Shown: piece by piece, positions 1 to 6,907 of the stretch
Layout of the letters: each line of letters begins with the position of its first letter
Position numbering within the stretch: the stretch's first letter is position 1
Source of the DNA: a virus
Taxonomy: Duplodnaviria > Heunggongvirae > Uroviricota > Caudoviricetes
IMG/VR virus record: IMGVR_UViG_2681813135_000006
Length of the DNA stretch: 18,486 nt
Strand: one strand, 5' to 3'
Position numbers and translations under genes: made by a program
The notes under the pieces: generated by a model
Seen by the model: only the letters and a program-made list of their open reading frames with translations
Database searches by the model: none
Told to the model about the DNA's origin: nothing

Positions 1-129
1 CTAATGAAAAAAACGCGTATGCCTTTGCCAGACAAGCGTTATAGCTATCGCGGCAAGGTGATGCTGCCAACTTACTGATTTAGTGTATGATGGTGTTTTT
101 GAGGTGCTCCAGTGGCTTCNNNNNNNNNN

Positions 130-182
130 CCGCAGCCGGTTAGCAGCTGCAGCAGGCACAGGCCGACGAGCGCAATCATCAT
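130..182 (-). CDS. Rz1-like o-spanin lipoprotein, 5' end only (in the +1 frame inside Rz); remainder lost in or beyond the N gap
   Basis: Minus-strand ATGATG at 182-177, then MMIALVGLCLLQLLTGC: a lipoprotein signal peptide with a lipobox (LTGC, Cys codon at 134-132), embedded in the distal half of Rz as is typical for Rz1. Confidence 0.5.
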
Positions 183-459
183 CCGCAACAGCCACTTTGA
201 TATCTGCCTGGGCTCTCTGTGACTCCAGTGCGATCTTGTTCTTTGCATTCTGGTTCGCCTCTGAAATGGCGTTGATGATACTCACGGCCCGAATCACGTT
301 CGCGGTGACAGCATTCGCGGTCTCAGCCTGCTGTTCTGCGCTATCGGCCCGCTCCTTTTCGCTACTGGCTTTGTCGCTGTAATACCATGCCGACCAGCAC
401 GCCCCGCCGAACAGGCAAAGGAGGAATATGGCAATCGCAATGATGTGACGAGCTTTCAT
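130..459 (-). CDS. Rz-like i-spanin (inner-membrane spanin), 5' portion; C-terminus undefined because the ORF runs into the N gap at 120-129
   Basis: ATG at 459-457 overlaps the endolysin TGA stop (ATGA). N-terminal hydrophobic signal-anchor (MKARHIIAIAIFLLCLFGGA) followed by a charged Ala/Gln-rich helical region, as expected for Rz. Sits directly downstream of holin and endolysin. Confidence 0.7.
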
Positions 460-992
460 TTATCGAGCCCCCAGCATGCCAACGCGCTTTCTTGGTCGCG
501 GCGTTCCACCTGACCGAAGCATCCGTTCTTCTGCCCCTTGGTTAGCCGGCAATCCCGGCCGCCATCTTTTATCCACCAGCGGATCGCTTCGCATGCCCCT
601 TTACGGTCACCGGCATTGATGCGCTTATAGAACGTCGAGGGGAAGCACTTACCGGGCCCGATGTTATACGGGCAGAAAGAAGCTATTCCGGCCTTTTGCG
701 GTTCGGTCAGCGGCACCCTGATATTGCGTTCAACCCAGGCCAGCGCTTTATTTCGCTCAACGGCATTCACCTGGTCACATTTGGCCTGCGTCAGCTTCAT
801 GCCCTGGCGAACTGGTTTACCATCTACCAGCGTGGCGCCGCGGCAAATAGTCCAGACGCCGCCACCGTCCTGATAAGCAATCAGGCTGTTGCCTTCCTTC
901 TCATTCAGGAACTGATCGAGAATAACGGGCGCTGACGCACCGGCGAGGATAAGACCTAATACCGCAGCGCTAAGCTTTGATCTGTCAGCCAC
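456..992 (-). CDS. Phage endolysin, lysozyme-like (RrrQ-type) with an N-terminal SAR-like hydrophobic segment; start re-called to GTG at 992
   Basis: Protein reads like prophage lysozymes (EGNSLIAYQDGGGVWTICRGAT...CFPSTFYKRINAGDRKGACEAIRWWIKDGGRDC) by recall. N-terminus LSAAVLGLILAGASAPVIL resembles a signal-anchor-release domain. GTG at 992-990 overlaps the holin TAG stop; the ORF-track start at 1103 is GTG with no RBS and lies inside the holin gene. Confidence 0.85.
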   Translation of the reverse strand: MADRSKLSAAVLGLILAGASAPVILDQFLNEKEGNSLIAYQDGGGVWTICRGATLVDGKPVRQGMKLTQAKCDQVNAVERNKALAWVERNIRVPLTEPQKAGIASFCPYNIGPGKCFPSTFYKRINAGDRKGACEAIRWWIKDGGRDCRLTKGQKNGCFGQVERRDQESALACWGLDK

Positions 993-1207
993 TATTCCCC
1001 CCTGGCGGCTTTGCGCCGGTCCTCTTTGATTTTGAAATACAGGTTTGTCAGATACGTCAGCAGCCCGAACACCAGGCTGCCAAGCACACCAATGGCTGCC
1101 CACTGCGATGGTGACACCTGGTCAAGCAACTGCAGGCTCCAGTAACCAGCGTTAGTCGCTGATGCACCATAGGCGATGCCAGTGGTTAGTTTTTCCATGC
1201 GTAACAT
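992..1207 (-). CDS. Class II holin, phage 21 S21 pinholin-like, with dual-start motif (M1-L-R-M4)
   Basis: 71 aa; sequence [14 protein letters not shown]...[42 protein letters not shown] matches recalled S21 pinholin. Both M1 and M4 are ATG; strong SD GGAGGTG sits 6 nt upstream of the first ATG. Two predicted TM segments. Confidence 0.85.
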   Translation of the reverse strand: MLRMEKLTTGIAYGASATNAGYWSLQLLDQVSPSQWAAIGVLGSLVFGLLTYLTNLYFKIKEDRRKAARGE

Positions 1208-1307
1208 GCTCTCACCTCCGATTATTTCGGGGTGCTATGTGTAATGGGGATCAGGCTCTCGGGCTGCATTAACAACAAGGCTTGTTGAGGAGGTTTCCCG
1301 GAGCCTG

Positions 1308-1335
1308 AAAAAGAAAAGGCCCGCGTATGCGAGCC
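1308..1335 (-). terminator. Putative intrinsic terminator on the minus strand between Q and the lysis genes (candidate tR'-like site)
   Basis: Minus-strand RNA GGCUCGC-AUAC-GCGGGCC (7-bp stem, one G-U pair) followed by UUUUCUUUUU; about 100 nt upstream of the holin start. Confidence 0.5.
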
Positions 1336-1590
1336 TCTATAAATTCTTTGCCACTTCCCGGAGTGGCCACGCTCATGCCCTTGAGCTGCTGTCGCATCAT
1401 CGCCGCTTATCACCGGTGCGCGTCTGGCTTTCGCGCTGCTTTACCGGAGCTATTTTTAATCTATGAACCCTGACCCGTCACTACACAGGCTCGCTCAATG
1501 GCGACTCGGGGCAGCATCATGACTGCTGCATTGCCTTTCGGCTACGGTGTGTCCGTTCTACTCTACATTTTCATACCCTCCAGAAACGGC

Positions 1591-1620
1591 AAAGCCCCGC
1601 GGGGTTAACCGCAGGGCTTT
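1591..1620. other. Strong 12-bp hairpin (one G-U pair) of unknown function in the Q-to-holin intergenic region
   Basis: aaagccccgcggggttaaccgcagggcttt is nearly self-complementary around a ttaacc loop. No long U tract follows on either strand, so it is not a canonical terminator. Confidence 0.4.
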
Positions 1621-1715
1621 AAACGAAGGCAGTAACCCATCGTTGGAGAGAAATTAACACAGATTCGGGAAAAGTAAATAGCTCACGATAAAATCGACAG
1701 CGATTAATTGGTGCT

Positions 1716-2546
1716 TTATCGAGTTATTGCTCGCAGTTGCGATTCGGCCCACGCTTCTTCCATGTCGAATTTGGTGATCAGCCGGTCGTAAAACGGCTTC
1801 ACTGACTTTTTCCAGGTGTCCAGAGTAATGGCGTCGGTAATAAGGCAAACAGCCGCATATGCCTCAGTCGAGGGGATCCGCTCATACCCGCGCCCGCCGC
1901 AGCGCTTGCAGTCGGCCATCACCGGCGCGCCCTGCTTTTCTGTCAGCGTCTTGCTGACAGCTTTTCCGCGCCCCTGGCAGTCATTACATGCGCAGCTGAC
2001 GACCTTCTTCCCTTTGCAGGCCGAGCACAGCACCCGGGCCACCTCTTTCACCTCACGCCGATTCTGATGCTGCGAAGGGATAACCTTCAGCCCCCATTTT
2101 TTTGATTTTTGAATGATGTCTTTTGCGCAGCCAGAGATGCTGGTTTTCATACTAAAAACGTCAGCCTCAATGAACCCCTGCCCTGCGCAACATTCGCACC
2201 TCTTGACGCTGGCGGCGCTGCGGGAATAGTCCTCAAAAGCGAAGGTAGCAAGCTGGCGCATCACCAGCGGTTTAACCCCAGCGTCCAGTTTGCGCAGGGC
2301 AGCCACGCTATCGCATTTTGTCAGCGCATACTGGGCCAGCAGCTCGATCGCTCTCTCCCGATCGTTGTTGCTGATGCCCATCTTTCCGAGAAAGGCACTG
2401 TAGCCCATGGCGGCGCGTTCCTGGGTCATGCCCATGGCTGCCATGATGTCCGTTCCGGTCAGCGAGTCGGAGGCCGTAGCGCGCGGAGAGTCGCTAATCA
2501 GCGTCGATTTGGCGAAGTGGTATTTCACGGTGTTTTCGAGGTTCAT
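1716..2546 (-). CDS. Putative late-gene antiterminator Q (Q-like, with two CxxCxGxG zinc-finger-like motifs)
   Basis: 276-aa ORF; ATG at 2546 with SD AGGAG 7 nt upstream. Lies between rusA/ylcG-like and the lysis cassette, the canonical Q position. Motifs CNDCQGRGK and CKRCGGRGY. Family assignment is by position and recalled similarity to prophage antiterminators. Confidence 0.6.
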   Translation of the reverse strand: MNLENTVKYHFAKSTLISDSPRATASDSLTGTDIMAAMGMTQERAAMGYSAFLGKMGISNNDRERAIELLAQYALTKCDSVAALRKLDAGVKPLVMRQLATFAFEDYSRSAASVKRCECCAGQGFIEADVFSMKTSISGCAKDIIQKSKKWGLKVIPSQHQNRREVKEVARVLCSACKGKKVVSCACNDCQGRGKAVSKTLTEKQGAPVMADCKRCGGRGYERIPSTEAYAAVCLITDAITLDTWKKSVKPFYDRLITKFDMEEAWAESQLRAITR

Positions 2547-2683
2547 GCAGCAGCTCCTGCCAACTGGTTAATGCGAATAAAATTGCGAAGAATGCGGTAG
2601 TCCACCAGCACCGAACCCGGGCGGCGATAAATGCGGAGGCGTGTCCAGCGCATGCGGATTACCTCAATCAGTTCTGATGTCAT
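2543..2683 (-). CDS. Small 46-aa protein, YlcG-like by position (not in the ORF track)
   Basis: Minus-strand ATG at 2683-2681 overlaps the rusA TGA, and its TGA at 2545-2543 overlaps the Q ATG (ATGA coupling at both ends). SD GGGGGA upstream. Translation [46 protein letters not shown]. Same position as ylcG between rusA and the Q gene in DLP12. Confidence 0.55.
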   Translation of the reverse strand: MTSELIEVIRMRWTRLRIYRRPGSVLVDYRILRNFIRINQLAGAAA

Positions 2684-3042
2684 AAGTCCCCCAGTTCGGT
2701 GATGGTCAGCTCCAGCCTGCCGCCCCTGACGACGGGCATCCGTATAACGCGGTAGTCGTCCACCAGCTGATCGTCCTGCCAGAATCCGGCCTTAGTAAGC
2801 GCGTCGAACGCGGCCTTCTGCAGGTTGTCCAGGTCACGGCGGCGGCGGGCAGGCATATGGCACTCGATGCGAATCTTCACCGGGCCGGAGATGCCGATAT
2901 CCAGCAGCTGGTCTTTGATGATTTGGGCCACGCGGTCGCGGTAAGCCTGCCCTTCCGTGCTGATGTGCGTACGCCCGCGATTGTGTCGGTAATAGCGGTT
3001 ATTACTCGGTGGCCACGGCAATGTGATTTTGTACTCGCTCAC
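2680..3042 (-). CDS. rusA: Holliday junction resolvase RusA; start re-called to GTG at 3042
   Basis: [35 protein letters not shown]...[61 protein letters not shown] is near-identical in pattern to E. coli RusA (recall). GTG start preceded by an AGGGGAAGG-like SD; the ORF-track N-terminal extension overlaps the upstream gene. Confidence 0.9.
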   Translation of the reverse strand: MSEYKITLPWPPSNNRYYRHNRGRTHISTEGQAYRDRVAQIIKDQLLDIGISGPVKIRIECHMPARRRRDLDNLQKAAFDALTKAGFWQDDQLVDDYRVIRMPVVRGGRLELTITELGDL

Positions 3043-3329
3043 GCTTTCACCTTCCCCTCTTTCAGCCAGATAACCTGCGTGCGGGCCATGCCCTCCAGCG
3101 CGCACTCCTTTGCATAATCCGCGTCGACCAGGCGAGTGCGGCGGTCGATTTCGTCGTGACAGCTGCTGCATGCAATGGTGGCAATCAGATCAGGCGGCTT
3201 AATTCCGGTACCGCACAGCCCGGCCAGGCGAATATGCGCCAGCACGCTTGTGTCTGGGTTGCCGTTGCACACGCCGGGGATCCGAACCTGACATTCGCGA
3301 CCGCGCGCAGCTTTGCGTAAATCCGCCAT
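3039..3329 (-). CDS. ybcO: YbcO-like protein (DUF1364 family, putative Zn-binding nuclease), 96 aa
   Basis: From the internal ATG at 3329: [34 protein letters not shown]...[11 protein letters not shown]...WLKEGKVKA, matching DLP12 YbcO in sequence and in position upstream of rusA (recall). The ORF-track N-terminal extension was rejected. Confidence 0.8.
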   Translation of the reverse strand: MADLRKAARGRECQVRIPGVCNGNPDTSVLAHIRLAGLCGTGIKPPDLIATIACSSCHDEIDRRTRLVDADYAKECALEGMARTQVIWLKEGKVKA

Positions 3330-3331
3330 GC

Positions 3332-3538
3332 TCACCCCCAGACCTTCTGACGGAGTGACCGCGGCGTACGTTCCTGCCGGTGCGCCTCCGGCAGCCGGGC
3401 GCTGACGGTCCAGGTGACGTAATCGGGATTCAGGCTTCGCTCTACCTTCACGCCGCGGCGCCGGTATTCCGCCATGAGCTCGTCGGCCTGCTGCGTGGTG
3501 CACTCGGTGTGCTGGAACCATGTTTCTTTCATCGGCAT
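3332..3538 (-). CDS. Small hypothetical nin-region protein (about 66-68 aa)
   Basis: ORF in the ninE-equivalent position; candidate starts are GTG 3541, ATG 3538 and ATG 3532, with the upstream gene's TGA overlapping. No recognisable family. Confidence 0.5.
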   Translation of the reverse strand: MPMKETWFQHTECTTQQADELMAEYRRRGVKVERSLNPDYVTWTVSARLPEAHRQERTPRSLRQKVWG

Positions 3539-4137
3539 CACCCCACGAAGCTCATGAGCTGCGCAGCGGCATTATCCGCGTCGCTACGGCTCTTGAATGC
3601 CCTGGACAGGATCCAACGCCACAGAACATCGAGTGCGGCCCTGTAGAGTTGCTGGAACTCGGTTTCGTCCATATTGGCGAAGGCGATGCTGCGGGGGTGT
3701 TTGCGGAGGGTGCCGTCAGGCAGCTGTATCGCGTCGTAGTGGCCGGATTCGATGGTTACCCAGGCGCGGTAGGCGTCGAATGACTTGCAGGCGCTGATGC
3801 TGCCCGTGCGCTTATCAGCGATGCGCTCGAGATATTGCTCAGCGGCATCCAGCAGCGCCCCTTCGTTCCCGCCGTAGGAGGCCAGAAATCTGGCATAGCC
3901 GGTCACCAGCTTGCGTTCGTTGGAAGAGATCGCCCCGCCGGTTGGCTCCCAGTATTCGAACCCGAGGTTTAAAAGCGCGAAGAAGCGGCGGTGGAAAGCC
4001 GGATTGCGGACCTGTTTGAAGTCGGCTACCAGCACGGCGCCGAGTTTGATTTTTGATTGCAGAATATCGCTGGTCTCCGGCGTCGCGGGGATCAGGATTC
4101 CTGATGACTGCTTGATGAGTTGTAGTTCGTGCGCCAT
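3538..4137 (-). CDS. Conserved prophage nin-region protein of about 199 aa (possibly DUF1367-like; tentative)
   Basis: ATG at 4137 with SD GGAGAG 6 nt upstream; long ORF in the same direction as the flanking phage genes. Family assignment is by recall only. Confidence 0.65.
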   Translation of the reverse strand: MAHELQLIKQSSGILIPATPETSDILQSKIKLGAVLVADFKQVRNPAFHRRFFALLNLGFEYWEPTGGAISSNERKLVTGYARFLASYGGNEGALLDAAEQYLERIADKRTGSISACKSFDAYRAWVTIESGHYDAIQLPDGTLRKHPRSIAFANMDETEFQQLYRAALDVLWRWILSRAFKSRSDADNAAAQLMSFVG

Positions 4138-4171
4138 GGTTTCTCTCCGTGGCGCAGTAGGTTACGGTTGT

Positions 4172-4420
4172 TCAGACCGTTGATTTCATATTATCAGAAG
4201 GTTGGGTTACCCGGTAGCCGAGACGGTTAATAAACTGCATAAAACCATTAGGAGTAAAGACCTCTTCATCATCCAGCAAAGGCCGCATAGAAACCATGCC
4301 ATTGACGCGATAAATTAGATGCCTGCCCGATGAAGGAAAGCTAAACACCACGCAGCCGTCAGACCTTCTTACAATGTCATACCAGTTGTCTTCTGACGTT
4401 TGCAAAGCTGAATCACTCAC
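4172..4420 (-). CDS. Hypothetical 82-aa protein downstream of the dinI-like gene
   Basis: GTG start at 4420 with AGGGAG upstream; no family recognised. Confidence 0.45.
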   Translation of the reverse strand: MSDSALQTSEDNWYDIVRRSDGCVVFSFPSSGRHLIYRVNGMVSMRPLLDDEEVFTPNGFMQFINRLGYRVTQPSDNMKSTV

Positions 4421-4537
4421 ATTTATGTTCTCCCTTCGAGCGACTAACAGACGCGATTAAAGATTGTCGGCAGCAGCATCAGAGGGTTACGCAAATTGCG
4501 GTATTCTGAAAAATGCGCGCCAGCCTTAAGCGCAATT

Positions 4538-4771
4538 CTAATAAAACCAGTCGTCAGCGCTTTCCCAGGTATCCTGGAGGATTGATTCAATTTTCTTTTT
4601 ATCGTCCTTGTCACCACCAAAAACACTTAACCCATCGGCCCCGGCACGGCGGATTGTGAGCCTGCAATTGTCATAGTGATCATTCAGGCGCTTAAGCAGT
4701 TCTTTCTCCAGTGCTGGTACTGCGCCTTTAGGAAGTTCTTTCATGCGATCAATGGTTAATTCAACTTTCAT
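4538..4771 (-). CDS. dinI: DinI-like DNA-damage-inducible protein; start re-called to ATG at 4771
   Basis: MKVELTIDR...LSVFGGDKDDKKKIESILQDTWESADDWFY parallels E. coli DinI (MRIEVTI...ISEILQETWESADDWF) by recall. A LexA box lies immediately upstream. Confidence 0.85.
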   Translation of the reverse strand: MKVELTIDRMKELPKGAVPALEKELLKRLNDHYDNCRLTIRRAGADGLSVFGGDKDDKKKIESILQDTWESADDWFY

Positions 4772-4789
4772 AATGGCCCCCATTGCATG

Positions 4790-4809
4790 TACTGTGTTTT
4801 TATACAGTA
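4790..4809. promoter_or_regulatory. LexA (SOS) box, TACTGTGTTTTTATACAGTA, upstream of the dinI-like gene
   Basis: CTGT-N8-ACAG palindrome matching the E. coli consensus TACTGT(AT)4ACAGTA at 16 of 20 positions; 19 nt upstream of the dinI-like ATG and overlapping a plausible -10 region. Confidence 0.75.
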
Positions 4810-4871
4810 TACCTATGCGCGGAAATGATCAACGTTTTAAGAGCACAAATTGTTAATTTTCTGTCAGTTGT

Positions 4872-4899
4872 AAAAAAAGAAAACCCGCCGTAGCGGGTT
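4872..4899 (-). terminator. Rho-independent terminator on the minus strand
   Basis: Minus-strand RNA AACCCGC-UACG-GCGGGUU (perfect 7-bp stem) followed by UUCUUUUUUUU. Confidence 0.7.
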
Positions 4900-5262
4900 G
4901 AATTAGCAGTGTTATATTAAGCGGCAATTTCTTTCTGCCGGCACAATCCCGAGAGATTCGCCCTCTGTATCGCATCATCAATGAGCACCTGTATGACCAT
5001 GAGGCAAAGCGTTATCCAACTTGCATTCATCTTTTTCAATCAGCAAAGGAGTGGTTAGTGCTGTGAGTGGGCTTTGTTCACTTCATGGTAGATAAATCAG
5101 CTATGGATAAGTGATAAGAGGTGAAATCAATCCGAATTAACAACCTGAAGCACATTAATCGGAACACAGATATTAAAATCCTAAAGTCTAGTAACAAATA
5201 GCCGATATGAGATATTGCTTATCAGTTTAAAAATCATCTATTGAAAAAATGGGGGGGAGGCG

Positions 5263-5826
5263 TTGAAGCGAGTAGAGCGCGATTTTATCTGTCTGTTTAA
5301 TTGTGTGTGGTATCAAGATTTCCCTGTGTTCAAAGGTGAATATATCAACCGTTCCAACTGGACCATTCATGTTGGCCTGGTCATGCGCGAGTGTGCAAAG
5401 TTAATGGGCGCAAGAACATTTTTTGAACAAGGCGGGCGTACCGATGCGGTCCTACAATATCCAGACAATCAAATTTTAACCTATGTTGAGTGGGAGTATA
5501 ATCAGGCAGACAGAGATAGCGTTAACGAGTTAGACAAACTGCTTGAAAAAAACGACAAGTGCTATTTCTCCACATTCATCTCATATTGTCAGCATGAAAA
5601 CATCAATATTGTTATTGAAAAAGCAAGTAGAATATGGAGTGAAGCAAGCAGGCCTTTGATTTTTTTTCTTATCACCTATGAGCCTCAAACGAAAAAACGC
5701 CGCCATTTTTTAGAACTCAGAACTTATTTTTTCTCAAACGGCAAAAGAAAACTAGTTCGCAAACAACCTGCGCTTCCATGGGATATTGAGCAACGAAAAT
5801 ACAATGTCGAAGAAGATGCAGGATAG
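5263..5826 (+). CDS. Hypothetical 187-aa protein encoded in an AT-rich island on the opposite strand to the flanking phage operon (candidate moron/accessory gene)
   Basis: TTG start at 5263 immediately after a very strong SD (GGGGGGGAGG at 5251-5260). Visibly AT-rich coding sequence. No TM segment or family recognised. Confidence 0.6.
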   Translation: MKRVERDFICLFNCVWYQDFPVFKGEYINRSNWTIHVGLVMRECAKLMGARTFFEQGGRTDAVLQYPDNQILTYVEWEYNQADRDSVNELDKLLEKNDKCYFSTFISYCQHENINIVIEKASRIWSEASRPLIFFLITYEPQTKKRRHFLELRTYFFSNGKRKLVRKQPALPWDIEQRKYNVEEDAG

Positions 5827-6049
5827 AAGAGACATAAGGTTTTCACGACAGTCTCGTTCCGAGCCCTAACTAAAATATTCTGTTCGGAGCAACCAAATAG
5901 CTCTGGCTTTGCTGTGACCATGTTCGCGGTACCAACGCCTCTCTAGGTCCGCTTCTCGCTCATGGTGGACCAAAATCAAATCTAAAATGACGTGGCTAAG
6001 CGGGAGTACATAGTGAATGACAGGATGCTCCGGGCAGCACCATACTAAT

Positions 6050-6247
6050 TCAGTTCCCGTCAGAGGTAGGCGTTGCTTCATGATGGGATGAGCGCTCCCT
6101 CCAGACAATCCATGCGACAGCCGCCTCCCATGATATATATCCATTACCGCCATTTTTCGCTCTGCGGAGATTAACTGCATCACCAAACCTTTCAATGATG
6201 AATTTTTCAAATTCTATGCGTTTTTCTTCGTCGATTGTTGAATCCAT
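6050..6247 (-). CDS. Hypothetical small acidic protein (65 aa); may be the 5' part of a frameshifted gene continuing in another frame to 5866
   Basis: ATG at 6247 preceded by GGGGAAGG. The ORF-track entry 5866..6210 overlaps it in a second frame. Confidence 0.35.
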   Translation of the reverse strand: MDSTIDEEKRIEFEKFIIERFGDAVNLRRAKNGGNGYISWEAAVAWIVWRERSSHHEATPTSDGN

Positions 6248-6464
6248 ACCTTCCCCAGAAGAGTCCTACGAATCGCTCTTATTGCATAAAAAATAGCATA
6301 TACAATAGAGAGTGAAAAACCGACGTAGCGGGTTAACTTTATGTTACTCATGAGTCTTGTCTCGCTGCGACTTAAAAGCGGAACATTCTCGCGCAAGTTG
6401 CGTTGCTAAAGCTACGGGGTTGAATGGCTCTCCATGCCCATTTAAGAAGGCATGCGGTGTGTAG

Positions 6465-6493
6465 TTGAACGTTATTTAAAACACAGATAGAAT
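6465..6493 (+). promoter_or_regulatory. Putative sigma70 promoter for the secreted-protein gene
   Basis: -35 TTGAAC (6465-6470), 17-bp spacer, -10 TAGAAT (6488-6493), about 30 nt upstream of the ATG at 6527. Confidence 0.35.
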
Positions 6494-6526
6494 CAAGAAA
6501 AATCCTAAATAAATGGAATATTGTTT

Positions 6527-6907
6527 ATGGCTAAGAAAATCGCATTACTGGGCTTTTCTGCTCTTTTTGTTGCAAGTGTTGCTTTTGCTGAAACGACAAG
6601 TAACTGGGTTGAGGTTACTACAGCTGATGATGGCATTTTTTCAGCAAAAAAAGGCACATTTAGAAATGTAAAAGGTGATTCATCTGCCTTGTTCATGTAT
6701 CAAACAAAAAATAAAAAAGTAGAGTACTACAAAGTTAGTATTAAAGATGCCGACTGTGATAGTGGATATGGGGAGATAAGATTCTTCTATATGGATGGGA
6801 AATTAGCTTTCAAAGGTGATTATGTTGCTGATGGGAACAGTGTTGGCGCAGGTATTGGTGATTTTATGTGTGGAGTCAGAATTGGACTTAACACACAAAA
6901 AAGTTAA
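6527..6907 (+). CDS. Secreted/periplasmic protein of unknown function (126 aa, Sec signal peptide, 2 Cys)
   Basis: From ATG 6527: MAKKIALLGFSALFVASVAFA followed by ETT, a typical signal peptide with an AXA cleavage motif. Mature part is Gly/Asp/Lys-rich with two Cys. AT-rich; the TTG at 6521 in the ORF track is probably not the start. Confidence 0.7.
   Translation: MAKKIALLGFSALFVASVAFAETTSNWVEVTTADDGIFSAKKGTFRNVKGDSSALFMYQTKNKKVEYYKVSIKDADCDSGYGEIRFFYMDGKLAFKGDYVADGNSVGAGIGDFMCGVRIGLNTQKS

Noticed and set aside
1-119. ORF-track continuation of the Rz frame through the N gap to position 1 (152-aa ORF 1..459)
   Set aside because: Frame continuity across 10 N cannot be trusted, and the post-gap translation lacks Rz-like character. 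Only 130-459 is supported.
993-1103. N-terminal extension of the endolysin ORF (track start at 1103)
   Set aside because: The codon at 1103 is GTG with no RBS and the extension lies inside the holin gene in another frame. The GTG at 992 overlapping the holin stop gives a typical SAR-endolysin N-terminus.
1222-1848. Short minus-strand ORFs 1222..1413 and 1654..1848
   Set aside because: They lie in the late regulatory region or overlap the Q 3' end, have no RBS and a biased composition; more likely regulatory RNA or DNA than coding.
2109-2600. 163-aa plus-strand ORF
   Set aside because: Entirely antisense to the Q-like and ylcG-like genes, with no RBS; typical spurious ORF in GC-rich antisense sequence.
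3043-3521. Long N-terminal extensions of the rusA (to 3171) and ybcO-like (to 3521) ORFs
   Set aside because: The extensions overlap upstream genes and are Arg/Pro/Gly-rich low-complexity translations. Internal starts with RBS give proteins matching the known RusA and YbcO lengths.
4506-4534. Possible weak terminator just after the dinI-like stop
   Set aside because: Only a 5-bp stem with an 11-nt loop and a short T run; too weak to call, and downstream genes appear to be co-oriented operon members.
4980-5120. Tiny plus-strand ORFs in the 4900-5262 leader, considered as a toxin-antitoxin pair or small peptide
   Set aside because: They are under about 25 codons and lack convincing RBS; the region is more likely a promoter/leader or non-coding.
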